Positions 14,497-28,140 of a stretch of DNA of 64,000 nt are shown here, in pieces. The DNA comes from Geosiphon pyriformis uo1 (lineage: Eukaryota; Fungi; Glomeromycota). The translations under genes were made by a program, and so were the position numbers. The notes below the pieces were generated by a model. The model saw only the letters and a program-made list of their open reading frames with translations, did not search any database and was not told the origin of the DNA. Every line of letters begins with the position of its first letter. Within the stretch, counting starts at the first letter, position 1. The stretch covers positions 169,238 through 233,237 of the forward strand of contig JAAOMT010000176.1 in assembly GCA_016748015.1 (NCBI GenBank), in the 5' to 3' direction.

Positions 14497-14654
14497 ATTT
14501 CTCTCGTAACGAGGAGTATAATTAATTTTATTAATTTATTCGAAACTTAGAATTGAATTTTCGTGGTAATATTTCGATTTTCTTTTAATACTCTTTGAAA
14601 GGTACCAAATTGGAATTTGAAAGTTAAATAATATTGAGATAATTTGTTCTATTT

Positions 14655-15326
14655 TCATCGTGAACTTGTTGCCTCCTGTTTCAAAATTTCTTCAGCGACT
14701 GAGTGTTGCATCAATTCTCCAAGTGATTTTTCCAGCGAATCTATCCGTGTGCTCATGTCATCCACTAATAATAATATTTGTGTTCGTAGGGTTATTGATG
14801 TTAAATGGAAAAACGATGACGAAAATGACTTACTTTTAGAAGTGAGCCGCGAGGACAGATCTTCAAACTTTTCTTGCTGATAAAAAAGAAACAATAAATA
14901 CACCGTGCTTGATTCAAAATATTTGCAGAGTTCCATATATTAATAAAGTTATTTGTTTACCAATTGTTGAATTATCGTCTCAACCTAATAGACCAATCAA
15001 TTCATTTTCAAAAAATGATAACGTATATTTTTTTAGTTTTTCAGAGAGCAAAAGCCCAGTAGACAAAAAAGCAATTCCATATAACTTACAAAGGCGGTTA
15101 GTTCTAATGGAGACTGTATATCGTCAAGAACACTGCTCCCAACAGCACCACTACTACTGACCGAAACAGCGTCAAGTTTTGGGGAAGTTGCTTCGGCGAT
15201 AAGCAAGTTTGAGGAGGATGCCGAAAGGGTGGGTGAGAGTGGTGGTGGTGGTGGTGGTGGTGGAGGCGGGAGCGGGGGAGCTGGCGGCACTGAAGAGGAA
15301 GGCTCTGGCAAGGTTGGTGAAGACAT
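14655..15326 (-). CDS. HSBP1: Heat shock factor binding protein 1 homologue with Pro-rich N-terminus; exons 15326-15090, 14984-14961, 14876-14834, 14764-14655
   Basis: Spliced core ELTAFVETIIQQLQEKFEDLSSRLTSKMDDMSTRIDSLEKSLGELM matches the HSBP1 coiled-coil signature; GT-AG introns. Confidence 0.88.
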
Positions 15327-15499
15327 AATAGGGTTTAGCTGCCCGATTTGAATATTTGCAGCACTGATAAAATTATTAATTGAGATAGTCCATATGCGCG
15401 TGACGTTACTATGATTCTCTTGATAGTGTATGGCCTATTTTCTACACGTATATTCAATAATTAATAAAAAAATTTGGTTTATTTATTTATTTTTTTAAA

Positions 15500-16300
15500 T
15501 ATTAAAATTTTCTAACAGTTAAGTAGGTAGCAAGATATTGACTTTGAAACTATAAAATTTTTAAAAATAACTTTTAAAAAAAGTATGCTTGCGACTTGGA
15601 ATTGTAATCCAAATCACAGAATTTTAAACAGTAGCAAAAATGTAATTATATCTTAAATAATAAAAAACTAATTATATTTTAAAGCTTAATTTAATTTTAA
15701 CACAAAATTTATTGGTAATTAATTTAATAATAAAATATAATAACAAATTATGTTATACAATACAAATTATAAATATTTTAAAAATAAAAATAATTTTTTG
15801 ATTAATTAGTTATAAAACAATTTTTAAAATTATTTTATTATTTATATTTATTAAAATTATTTTATTAATTATTTATTAAATTCAAAATTTTTTAAGAATA
15901 AATTATTATTGTTATTTTTTAATTATGCTTAAATTTTAATAGTAATTAATTAAAATAATTATAAATACAGAATATATACATATTAAATGTATTTAAATTA
16001 TACTATATGTCTAAACACTAAAATTACAAATTTACAAATACAAAAAACTTAAATTAATTATAAATTTAAAAAAAAATTTTAATATTATTATTAATGCATT
16101 TTAAATATTATTAAATTTTTTTATTGTTTTAACAAAATATAATTTTTTTAGTGTTTATTTTAGTTTTTATAAAATGTTTTAGATGGTTAATTACATATAA
16201 ACCACTTTTACTACATATTATTTTTATTATATAAATATAAATAATAATTAAATTATACAAAATTAATATATAATTAATTATTTAAATTTAAGTTAATAAT
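15500..16300. repeat. Extremely AT-rich, fully eroded repeat DNA (left edge of TE island)
   Basis: Near absence of C/G, no recognisable coding, abrupt change from gene-region composition. Confidence 0.7.
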
Positions 16301-17900
16301 ATTTTTATTTTATTAAAATAATTTTATTTTATTTTATTATGTATTTAATAAGTATAGTCTAATTGCTATCTAGAAATTAGAAACAAACTAAGTATTTTAA
16401 GATTAAATACAATTTATGTACTTTCTATATGTAATCAGTTACTTAAATTAATTTAAATTTTACTATATTAATATTTTAAAAAAAAACTTACTTAAAAAAA
16501 ACATTCTTTAAACAATCTTAAACAATATAATACTATTACTAATTAATTCAACCAGTTACTTAGACATCAGTCTTAATACTAATAAATTTATGTTTTTATA
16601 ATAACATCAAATTAAAAAACATATTATTATTAACTACAGACAAACTTATATAAAAATCAGACATATTAATATTCTTATAATTACATTTAGTTTTTAAAGC
16701 AACTATCTTCTATTTCAACTTATCAACTGTTTTGCTAAAAGTATTCATATATATCAAAATCTTATTAATTTTAAAACTAAATATACTACTTAAAATTAAA
16801 TTATTATTGATAAATTGTTTAAATACAATAACCAAAAAACCAACCAGCTTAATAATAAATTCAATTAGAACAGAAAGCTTGACCAAATTAGATTCCAAAA
16901 AAACTAACCAAAAAAAAACCACAAAAACATCAACTATTATATTAGCAAAAAAAACAGAACCAATTAGAAAACTAAAAACCAAAAAAAACACAAAAGCAAC
17001 AATCTTGACATAAAATTTAACATTAATAAAATTAAACACAAAAGTTTTAAAAGTTTTAAAAAAAAAATGAAACCATTTTATAATTAACAGCCAAATAATC
17101 TAAGTTTTAATATCTAAAACAGTATTAATATTTAGAAATTTCTTACCAAATACAATATTTTCTCAAAGTATTAATTTGAATAATAACAACATCCAAATTA
17201 TTCTGTAAACTAAACATAACTAAGACAAATTAAGAACAATAACCAAAATTAAGTAAATAAGAAATAAAACAAGTCTGGTCACTAACTTGAGAAATAATAT
17301 TACTAATTTTATAAACAGTATAACCAGAAAAAAAGTTAACCAACTTGGTTTTAAACTTATTACAAGACAGAATAATTTTATTTTGATTTATTAAAAAAAA
17401 ATTCTAATACTATTCTTACTTAACAAAATTAATTAATGATTTAAAGCAAATATAATAGTATCTAAATTCTTAAAATAAACAACTACATATTGCCAAATAC
17501 CAACAGACTTTAATACAATACAAATAACTTCTTTAAATATACTAAATACTATTTTAATATTAGTAGCAAACATATTTAAAGACATATTATACAATATAAT
17601 AGCAACAGAAAAAAAACCAAACTCAAAAACCACCAAAAATTTGGCAATCTTAAAAGTGGTCAAACAAATAAAGCTTCTAAGTTCAATTAAAAATACAGTT
17701 TTTAAAAACTGTTAAGAAGCAAACTTTATACAAAAAAGCTTTATATTGTTTTTATAACTGATTTTACATCCAAAAAACCATATATAAACTAAAAAACAGA
17801 TTTAACATAAGCCAATTTAATCTTAAAAATAACACTAAGTATTAGAATAAAGGCCACTTATTTAGCAAATTTTTAACAATTAGTAATAATTTTCTAAGTA
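16300..17900 (-). mobile_element. Degenerate retroelement ORF1/gag-like relic with CCHC zinc knuckle
   Basis: Minus strand 17121-17078 reads tgt ttt aga tat taa aac tta gat tat ttg gct gtt aat tat, which reverts by transitions only to CFRCQDLDHLAVDC. ORF remnants at 17433-17663 and 16710-17039. Boundaries approximate. Confidence 0.55.
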
Positions 17901-17901
17901 T

Positions 17902-20661
17902 TTAGGACTTTAATTAAACTAAACCAAACCAAACTTTGGGTGTTGTTCAAGTTCAGTTTAAATTATAAACCAAACTTAAACTAAACCAATTTTTTAAAGT
18001 AGATTTAGTTCAAATTTAACATTAAATTTTTTTGACAAGTCTAAGTTTGGTTTGAAGTTTATAAACTTGTTTAAGTTTAATGAAATTAAAAAAAATATAA
18101 CTTGTACTATTTGTTCATCAATTATTATTTTGTTTAATTACTATAATCAGTGTTATGATTCAAGAATTTAGCAAAAGAATTCTAAAATAATATAAATTAT
18201 TCAATTATAATATAGTACAATAATAATTCTAAAAAGGTGATAATTAACATAATAGCAAGTACCAACTTATAATAGTAACCAATACCAACTGGTAATAATA
18301 GCAAACACCAGATTAAGATACCAAAAAAAAAGTATTATAATGTGTTTTCTTATAGAACTACAAACATGTATATATACAGTAGCTTTAATATTGAGAAAAA
18401 TAATATCATTCAACAAATCATAAAACAAATTATAAAAACAATTTATTAAACAATTTATTCAACAGTTCTATTTTAATTATCTTTTAGTTTTTACTTTTAA
18501 AAATAAATATTCACAAAAATTTTTAATTAAAAAAAAATAAAAAATAATATTGAAAACTGAATTTAATGTATTAAGAAACTTACTTGTATTATTTATTGAA
18601 TAAAATTATCATTCATCAACTGAATCTCTTAGAAGAATAATCCCTAATCAAAATTATTTATGTTGTTACTAATTAATAAAAGCTTTATTGTAAAAATTAA
18701 GAAAAATGCTAAAGACTATTAATATTCTGTGTTTTAAGATTAGAGAAACACATCAAGCAATTACAAGAATAGTCTCAAAAAAGACTTCAGACAGCAGATA
18801 AATTTCAGTTCAGCCTCTAAGAAAGAGTACATAAACACACACAACAATCAAAAATTGAGAAATAATTTATATTGTAATATTAAAGAGAAAGCCTTTAGTA
18901 TAATAGTAATATTATTATACAAATAGAATTAAGGAACTCACGAGAGACTGATTGTAATTAAAATAGAATATCAGCAATTAAATATACCAAAAAAACCATT
19001 CTATAACATTAGTTAAAAAGGTATATAAAATTATATATATATAACAACTCTACTCTTTAACTTACCAAAATAAATTTATTATCAATATTATCTAATGTTA
19101 TTAAAGATTCAAAATCTAAAATAACAGAATTTGATAATTCAAATAATCTAAATATTAATATATTTGGTAAATATAGTTTTTAGAGTAAAGTATAAGACTA
19201 TTTTAATAAGTTTAAGTAGATGAAAAAAAAAAACAGCTAAATATATGGTTTTTAAAATATGTGTATAAACCATTTTCTTGCAGAATTACAAGTATTACCA
19301 AATTTTTATGGCATTATTTAAAAGCTTTTCACTAAACAGTATATGTTACAATTAAAAAATATTATAAGAAAAAGCAAAATATTTAAAAAGATTGTGAATT
19401 AATTAAAGAAATATTTTAATAAGTGAGATTACTATTTTTTTTTATAATTTTTGTCCAATTTAACTAAAAAACTGCTCTAGTCTTTTATAGTAACTGTTAT
19501 TAATATTAACAATAATAAACTTTGTAACATAATTATTATTTGACTTATTAACTGCTAGCAATCACTTTTTATAGTAAAAGATCTTGAATTAATTGAAATA
19601 TTCTAATATTTAAATTCTATTTCTTAACCTGTTTATGCTAATACAATTAAAAATAGAGTTATAGAACTCTATGTCTTAGGTAGACAAAAATTAAGAATAA
19701 GTATTATTTTTATTATAAAATGTTTCTTTTTTTTTACTTATACTTATAATATAATAGACATACTTAAGTATTATTAAGTTCAATATTTCTTTTATATTAG
19801 ATTTCTGGATATTTTTCAATAACAAAATTTTTGTTTTTATTACTACTTATTATATTAATAACAATTGAGACCTTCAATAAATAATAATTGATTTTGGATT
19901 AATGAGTAGATAACATGATAGAATAAATATTGTAAACAGATTTTTTAAAGTATTAAAAAATTATAGAATTATATTAAAGATATATATATATATTCTTGCA
20001 TAAATTTGGATTAGTTAATGGTCAATGATAAGATTAATATACTATACAACATATTAATATTATTTAAGACTCAGAGTTATTATAGTATTTATATTATTAA
20101 AAATTGTATTTTTTCAATATTGACTTAAATTGGTTTTCATTATTGTCTTAAAGCTAAATTTTCGGCATTAGTATTATTTAAGACTCAAAGTTATCATAGT
20201 ATTTATATTATTAAAAACTATATTTTTTAATATTAGCTTAAATAGTTTTCATTATTGCCTTAAGCTAAATTTTCAGCCAAAAAAGTTAAAAAAGAAGTTT
20301 AAAAAAAGTTATACTTACCTTTTTTTTATACAAGTTTATTATTAATTTTATTAATTATTATTTTTAATAATACTGTAAATAATAATACTTTCATAAAAGA
20401 TTTAGCAAGAAAATTAGAAAAGAAAAACATTTAATAGAACTTAAAAGACATTCAATTTTGATGCTTTGATTATATTCTAAATTTAATAGTGTAAGTGGCT
20501 TTAGATGAAATAAAAAATAATATTTTCAAGATATTTGTTAAAAACCCAAACCAAATATATTTACTTGAAATTTTTTAATGTAAACTTTGTATAAATTAAA
20601 GATTAAAGAACTTAACTCTGCAATCTATATTTTGCTCCAATTTTTTAAGCTTCTTGAACAT
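17902..20661 (+). mobile_element. hAT-superfamily DNA transposon relic (left end plus transposase N-half), truncated by LTR element B
   Basis: TAGG-type terminus with AAACC/GGTTT subterminal repeats (17902-18080); BED-finger remnant ~19230-19330; decayed catalytic-region motifs ISFTLDxWT..ITxHYID..W (~19780-19870), xDNxxNN (~20370) and RCFxHILNLIV (~20457-20492). Confidence 0.7.
20057..20277. repeat. ~113-bp tandem duplication (2 copies) inside the hAT relic
   Basis: tattatttaagactcagagtta...aagctaaattttcggc is repeated with mainly transition differences. Confidence 0.8.
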
Positions 20662-21623
20662 TGTTATTCATAAAAATTTAAAAATTTTTAATAAGAATAT
20701 AAAGTAGCCAATTAGAGATAAGCATAATAAGAAAAAAATTTCAGAATTTCTCTCAAAAAATTGCAAGATTTCAGGAATTGCAAAATTTTTCTTAAGAAAT
20801 TGTAGGATTTCAGGAATTTTAGAATTCCTTTCAAAGAATTACAAGATTCCAGAAATTTCAGAATTTCTGGTTAGAAGAATTAAAAGAATCTAAAAAATCT
20901 TGTATAATAGTAATTATGTATATATAGCAAGAGTATTAGAAACAGAAAAAAAAATCCAGCTAAGAAATTCAATTTAAAATCAATATTCACAATCCATTAA
21001 TTATTCAATACTTCTTCTTTTAAAAAGTAGTTTTTTACAACTTAAAGTGGAATTCAATTACATATTAGTAAAATATCAATTATTATTTGAATTTATGTTA
21101 TTGTTATTTAATTAAAAAAATATTTATTACTTTTATTCTATTAATACTTTATGTTGATAGAATCTAATACTTAATCACACTGAACCAATAGTTTTTGATC
21201 ATGACTATTGATGAGATACTAATTTTTTATTTTTCTTTTCTTTTTTTTTACTTTTTTTATTTTTTTTATTTTCTTTTGTTTTGTTTTATTATTTACTACT
21301 AAGTAAAAGAATTAAACACTGAGTATTTTGATGTTAAAAATAGTCTGATAAAAGATTCAGAAATAAGAATAGAAATTTAAAGATAGCTTACCAAAAAAAC
21401 ATAACTGCCAAAATAAACTAGCCATTATGCTAAAAAAAAATTCTTGAAATAAACTTCTAAAAAATACTAAAACAACTATTGAATTTCTGTTTATTATATA
21501 AAAAACTCAACCAAAATCTTTAAATTACCAAAATCTTCAGATATTATCAACACTATCAAGTTATTGAGTACCACATTATGAATTTGTTATTTATACCAAC
21601 ACTCCAAATAATTACCTGTAATA
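20662..21623 (+). repeat. 5' LTR of element B
   Basis: TGTTATT...TGTAATA; colinear with 38797-39749. Confidence 0.88.
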
Positions 21624-22603
21624 TTTAGTACTTCCTGTAAGGTATAATTCAACAAAAAATCAGCATCAACAACAATCATCTGGAACAGTAACAGAATCAG
21701 AAAAAATAGAGACAAATCATTTAAAGTTTATAAAAGCATTATTCTAATACTATTAAATTCACCTAAGATTAACAAGTAATCATTGGCCAGCAGAATCAAC
21801 TTTCAATTTTTATATCAATGAAAAGATTAAATTTCACTTGAGAGACCAAAGAAATCTGAAAACAACACTCAACAATTTCTATAGTAAATTATTTCAAAGT
21901 ACTATGCTTTTACAAAATTATTTGTTCACTCCAATAATTACAGAAATCAACAGAAAAATTAAAAAGCACACCAGACAGCAATTTCCTATTATCTTTGCAG
22001 ATAATAAAAAAGAAAAGTTACAAACACCAGCAAAAACACCAAAAAGAATACAACCATCTACTTAAAAAAAACCAAGAGTTGTTTCACCTATTTACCTATT
22101 ATATTATCATACACCAGAAAGTACCATACACATACTATTAAAATCAACATTACAATCAACTGCAAAAAAAATATTACCTCAAGTTATATTCCAAAACAAT
22201 TAAAAAAAAGCCAGATTATTAAGAACCTATGATAATTTTTTTAAAGAATTTAAATTATAACTAACAACTCCATCAGAACTTTGATTACTGCCACCTCAAC
22301 CAAATTTCAAAGCCACTAATCCTTGAAAAAAAACTGACTCAATCAAGAAATTAATTATCAAAACCCAATTCTAGAAAACCCAGAAATACAAACTTCAATT
22401 ATTTAGGCTTAACAAAACCAGAACAATTCAAACCCTGCTCTTATTGTTTCCCAAAACTTACTTTTAGTAATTATGATTGATCTACCACTAGTTGTACCAA
22501 TTGCCAAACAACAGTAACAGCCACAATCACAATCTCACCAACAGCCATAACATTTATTTTAACCACAATTACAACAACTAATCCTAGCACTAATGGTATA
22601 CAT

Positions 22604-23622
22604 TGTTACTGGAGGTTTTTGGTTTCTTTTCTTGAATGTTGTTAATGTTGATTTGCTGTGAATTCACGTTTCCAGGAAGTAGTTGGACCTCCAGTAACTG
22701 AATTTATCTTCAAATTATCTTCTATAATTTGAACTGCTGGGCTTATAAGTAGAATGGCCAATTTCTTGTCAATTACTTTATGTAGTTACGTTATAGTAAA
22801 CATCAACTCTTTTCCAGGAATTGCTCATCTGGAAGCTCACTAAAAAATGTGTAGTTACTTTGCTGTAAAAGTTAACTCTTCTACAAAAATCTCGTCTGTA
22901 GGCTATCCTAATGATTATAATAAGAAAAAAAAAGAAAGAAAATAAAAGAAATGTAAAAAAAATTAAATTTTGTCAAGGAAAATGTTTTTTATCCAGGCCT
23001 GGAGTCACTAACAGTTTACTGAAATTGGTAGCTAATCAATTTCAAAATGTTAGTTGGGTTTTGAGGATTTTCCAAGTGCAATAATTAAAAAATTTGGTTT
23101 TTTTTCGAATTATTTGATATTTATTTCTTTTTGTGTGTATAGGAATGGTTCTAAGTAATAAATCTAAAGTAAAATACATTTTCTTGAAAAGAAAAGCTCT
23201 TCTTTTATACAACTTGTTGTAGTACTAGTTTATGAACTTGCACTTTTTTTCTTTGCTCAAATTTCAGCAAACTAAAAATATATTTTGATGAACTACAAGT
23301 TATTTTGCTGAACTATTGATTAATTTGGATGAACTATTCATAATTTCAGCAAATTTCTATAAATTTTGGCGAATTTTATATAAATTTTGGCAAATTTCTG
23401 TAAATTTCAGTGAATTTTAGAATGTTACAATGTTCAGGGTATTGTGTAATTTGATCATTCTACTTTCTGTTATACTAATTAGATTATTTAATTGAATTGT
23501 AATATGTGATAATTAATTAAATAATAAATGATAATTTGAAATGATATTAATATACTAATTAATTATAGAAATTATAAGGATAATTTTCTTGCTAATTAAT
23601 AGCTAAAATTCTACTGGTAACA
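22604..23622 (-). repeat. 3' LTR of element A
   Basis: Direct repeat of 31555-32574; preceded on the minus strand by PPT AAGGAAGAGA (23635-23626). Confidence 0.96.
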
Positions 23623-24268
23623 TAATCTCTTCCTTAAGACTAAGCTCTGTTAAAATCCAAGCACTATCTGTGATATTGAGATAGTGATCCAAAATAATTG
23701 AAGTAATCTGGTCTGAAAATTGTTGAAATTTCAGTTCTGTAAGTTTGCCAATATATTGGACTTTTATTAGTTGCAGTATGAAATTTTGTAGAATATTTTC
23801 ACAAGTATTAAACAAATCATAAAGTCTAAAAGCTGCTCTAAGTTTGTAGTAAGTGTTTGTTGGTCCAGCTGCTGTTTTAAATTCATTGTAAATTTGTTTT
23901 TGTATAGCTTCAAGAGTGAGATTTGTTGCTTCAAGTTCCAGTTTTTGTTCATAAAGTGTCTTTCTAATGTGAAAGTATTTATAGATAGGGGTGTGTTCAT
24001 TGTTCTGTTTATTAAGAAGTAGTAGAAATTTTTGTTGCATTGTAGCATTTAGTGAAATGTCAATAAGAGCAATTAAAAGATTTTCTTCCAGTGCTTGTTT
24101 CAAAAGTCTTGGTAACTTATTTTCAGAGTGACTTCTTGTTTTTTTTCTATAAGAGTGATAGTTCTGTGGATGATTTACTACTGGGGCTGTGGTTTCTTTC
24201 TGAATGTAATTAATTTGACTTCTATTAATTGTTATGGATAAGTCAGGAAGTGTTTTCAAGGCTAACAT
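23603..24268 (-). CDS. Accessory ORF3 of element A (env position, unknown function, no obvious TM segment)
   Basis: Open 221-aa ORF with its own ATG between IN and the 3' LTR; homologous remnants in B and C. Confidence 0.7.
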   Translation of the reverse strand: MLALKTLPDLSITINRSQINYIQKETTAPVVNHPQNYHSYRKKTRSHSENKLPRLLKQALEENLLIALIDISLNATMQQKFLLLLNKQNNEHTPIYKYFHIRKTLYEQKLELEATNLTLEAIQKQIYNEFKTAAGPTNTYYKLRAAFRLYDLFNTCENILQNFILQLIKVQYIGKLTELKFQQFSDQITSIILDHYLNITDSAWILTELSLKEEIMLPVEF

Positions 24269-24431
24269 TAACTTTTGGGATATTTGTGAATATTTCGGAG
24301 AATAATCATGGTAAAATTGACTAATTATGAAAAGAGAGAATAAAGAAAATTATTTTTGGATATGGGGTTTTTATTTTGTAATTATTTACTATTTTTGTCT
24401 TTGTGTTTTTATTAAAGAATTATTGTAAAAT

Positions 24432-25860
24432 TTAAGTGTTTAAGTTTGGTTGTTGTTCTATTATAATTATTGGTTCTAAATTTCGGGGAATATCTTCAGG
24501 ATTAATTAAAGAGGAATGTGTACCAATTTGTGGAATTAATGTTTCAGGATTGTTTCTAGAATGATAGTGTTTTAATCTGTCTCCATGTACAACTTTTGCT
24601 AGTATTTTGTCATCAAGTCTTAACTTGTATGATCTATTACCTAGAATTTCGTGAATATAAAATGGTCCATCCCATTTGTTTTCAAATTTTCCACTCCATT
24701 GTTTTTCTGTCTTAGTTCTGTGTAAGAAAACTTTATTTCCAACTTTAAATTCGTTGGTAATAAGTGGTAATTTGTTGTTATGTCTTTCTTTTTGTTGAGC
24801 TTGAGAATGTTCAATATGAGTTGCTGCTATTCTTCTTTTTCTTTCCAGTGTATTAAAAAGAGTGTAGGCCCTTCTTTGGAGTGTTTTTTGAAAGTTTTTT
24901 TCATTGATTGGTTGCACTGGGTATGTTTCCACTGTGAAATTAATTGGTAATGTTGCTGTCCTTCCATAAGTAAGATCAAATGGTATGTGTTTCATAGTAT
25001 CTTGTTTTAGTGTTCTGTATGCTAGTAACACTGATGGAATAAAGATATTCCATTCTTGCTCAAAGTCTGTTAAGACTTTGGCTAAAGATTCACACAATGT
25101 TCTGTTAAAACATTTTACAAGTCCATTTGTTTAAGAGTGATAAGGTGATGATAGAGGTCTTTTGACATTAAATCATTCACAAATTTTTTGTATCAAATTG
25201 TTCACAAAATGTGTTCCTTGATCAGATAAAAGTTCAATTGGACATCTATGTCTACAAATAATGTCTTCATAGATGAAATTTGCTACTAATTTTGCATCTG
25301 CTTTTTAGATGGCTCTAGCTTCAGGCCATTTGGTGAGATAATCTACTGCAACTGCAATATAATGATTTCTTTAGTTTGTGATAGGTAATGGTCCGACTAA
25401 ATCAATTCCAACTCTGTTAAAAGGTTGTCCAACTTTGATTGGATTTAAAGGTTCTGTGGGGCGAGTTCCTTTTTTTCTTTAACAACTATTACAAGATTCT
25501 ACATATTGTCAAATGTCTTTTTGCATGTGAGGCCAAAAATAATGTTCAAGAGTTCTTTGAATTGTTCTATCTCTTCCCAAGTGTGCTGAAGAAGGATCTG
25601 TGTACATGTTGTATAGAATTGTTTTTTTTTTCATTTTTCTGTACTAATTTGAGTAATTGGTTTGAGTTTTTACAATTTTTGTAATAGATTTTGTTGTGGT
25701 GTATAAAATATTGTTTGGATTGGTGTTGTAATCGATGTTTTTCACTTGGAGACCAATTTTCTGGCATGGTGAGAGTCTCCAAATAGTTTTTGATGTTGTT
25801 GTAGTTTTCTGGATCTATTGTTGTTGATTTTGTTGTTTGTTCTACTGTTAAGTTTGTTGG
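24432..25860 (-). pseudogene. Integrase of element A (disrupted)
   Basis: GIDLVGPLP, VDYLTKWPEA, LSDQGTHF, SPYHSxTNGLV, KWDGPF (GPY/F); stops and frameshifts; no chromodomain seen. Confidence 0.9.
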
Positions 25861-25885
25861 TGTTTTGTTGGTGTTAATGTTGGTA

Positions 25886-27200
25886 TTAATATTGTCTTAT
25901 TCTTGAGAGGCTATAAACATTGGTGTGTAATTTTCCTGGTTTGTGATGTACAATGTATCTGTAGTTTGCTAGGAAATCATTCCATTGAGACTGTTTGGCA
26001 CTTTGTTCAGTTTTCTTTTTATTAAGCCATTTGAGGCTAATATTGTCAGTTATTATGTCAAATTCTTTTCCATTTTTCAGGTATTGTTGAAAGTGTTTGA
26101 GAGCCCAGATGACTGCAGTGGCTTCCAATTCAGTTGAGCCATATTTGAGTTCTGTTGGCTTGAATGTTCTGCTGGTATAGGCAATAACTTGTTCCTGGCC
26201 ATTTTTATTTAATTATAATAAGATGGCACCAAATACTATGTGTAAAACATTAGTGGCTAATTGGAACTATTTGTTGAAGTCTGGGTAAGCAAGAACTGGG
26301 GCTGTTGTCAATTTTGTTTTGAGAGTTTCAAAAGCTTTTTGTTGTTCTTTAGTCCATTTGTATGACACGTTTTTGTTAGTAAGATAATTGAGTGGTTTGG
26401 CAATTTCTGAGAATTCTTTTATGAATTTTCGATAGTAAGAGGCTAATCTTACAAATCCTTGTAGTTCTGTGGTATTTCTGAGAGTTTGAAAGTTTTTGAC
26501 AGCACTGATTGTTCCAGGATTTGGTTTGACTCCATCTTTGCTAACAATGTGTTTAAGAAAAATTAAGCTTGTTTTTCCAAAGTGACATTTTTCAATGTTT
26601 AACTTCAATTTTGCTTTCCATAATCATTAAAAAACTTCTCACAGGTGAATAAGATGAGCTTTAAAGCTTGGTAAGTACATATCAGTGTCATCAAGGTAAA
26701 CAACTACTGATTGCCATAAGAGTCTTTTATATACAACATTCATGAATTGTTAGAATGTTGCTGGTGCATTGCAAAGTCCAAAAAGCATAATATTGAACTT
26801 ATAGTTTCTTCCTTGAGTGGTAAATACTGTTTTGGGTCAGTCTTTTGGGTCCATTTCGACTTGTCAGTATCCACTTTCTAAGTCTAAAGTTGAGAAGAAC
26901 TTGGCTTTTCCTAGAGCATCTAGTATGTTATTAATTCTTGGAAAAGGGTAGGCATCTCCAATTGTCACACTGTTCAATTGGCAATAGTTAACACAAAATC
27001 TGATTTTTCCATTTTTTTTTTGACAAAGACTATTGGTGAGGCCTAAAAACTTCTTGATGATTGAATTAATCCATTATTGAGCATTCTCTGGACTTCTTCT
27101 CTGATGAATTGGTGGCTGGCAGGTGGCACTCTGTAAGCTTGCTGACGTTTTGGTGGAGCATCTCCTGTATGAATCTGATGTTGAATCATATCCATTTTTC
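25886..27200 (-). pseudogene. Reverse transcriptase and RNase H of element A (disrupted)
   Basis: VVVYLDD (~26700), LNIEKCHF, GFVRLASYYRKFI, TAPVLAYPDF, EATAVIWALKHF, IITDN. Confidence 0.92.
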
Positions 27201-27729
27201 CCAGATTATTGTTGTCTTTTGCAAATATATCTGCAAATTCAGCTATCAATTGTTTCAATTGTCTTTGTTGTTGAAGTTCTAAGGAACTCATGTTGATTCG
27301 AGAGAGTTTTTCTTCCAAAAAGTGGTAGTTTTCAGTAGTGAGAATGATATTTGGATTTGGGAGTAGAGTGTGCTTTACAATTTCGATGAAATTAGAGACA
27401 ATTTGAGGGTTTTCATCTTGAAAAATATTGCTGTGTATGATTCTAATCTCTAGTTTGTTTAATAAGACAATAGGATAATTATTGGAGTTGTAGAATGTAA
27501 CTTGAAATTTTTTTATTCCTTTGAGAATATAAACGTTTGGAATTGAGATTTCATGCTTCAAACAGATTTGTTCATTGGATTCAAAGATTTGTTGTGTAGT
27601 GGTGGGTTTTGAGCAAGTGTAAATTTCGTGATGTTCTCCAAAAAGTAAAATGGTAATTGGCTGGGGAAGTTAAAGAATCTGGTGATATTTATTTTGTGTA
27701 TTAAGAGCTATGTTTACTGGAACTGTAAA

Positions 27730-28140
27730 TCATCCAGTTGAACCAAAACCTTGAGTTCTTCTTTCATTTTTTTCCAATTGTTCTCTGTTGTTTATTGATT
27801 GTAAACCCGAAATGTTGATTAAGGGTAAGTAAATTGCTTGAGCAATTTTTTCAGCATGTTCAATTTTGAATGGTTTGTTTGTCTTATTTTGTAACATAAT
27901 AGTAATGTTTCCAATGTATTCTGTATCTATAACTTCTCCTCTAATATTGATTCCTTTGCTTGCCAATAATGATCTGGAGACAATTTGAATTATTGCTCCT
28001 GGTGGAATTTCAAGAGCAATTTTAAGATTGATTTTTGTCAAAGACTTTGGTTGGAGAACCAAAGTATCTTTTTCTGGGTATCTTAGATTATATCCAGCAT
28101 CAATTTCGTGTGCTTTTTTTGGTCTGATTTCTTGGCCCAG
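27730..28140 (-). pseudogene. dUTPase domain within pol of element A
   Basis: All five trimeric-dUTPase motif regions, lightly mutated: DAGYNL, SRS, GEVIDTEYIG, KIAQ, RRTQGFGSTG. Confidence 0.93.

Noticed and set aside
23603-24268. Envelope gene / endogenous retrovirus call for ORF3
   Set aside because: No signal peptide, furin site or transmembrane helix
24432-24620. Chromodomain at the integrase C-terminus
   Set aside because: Only a GPY/F, SH3-like tail is present; no chromodomain motif
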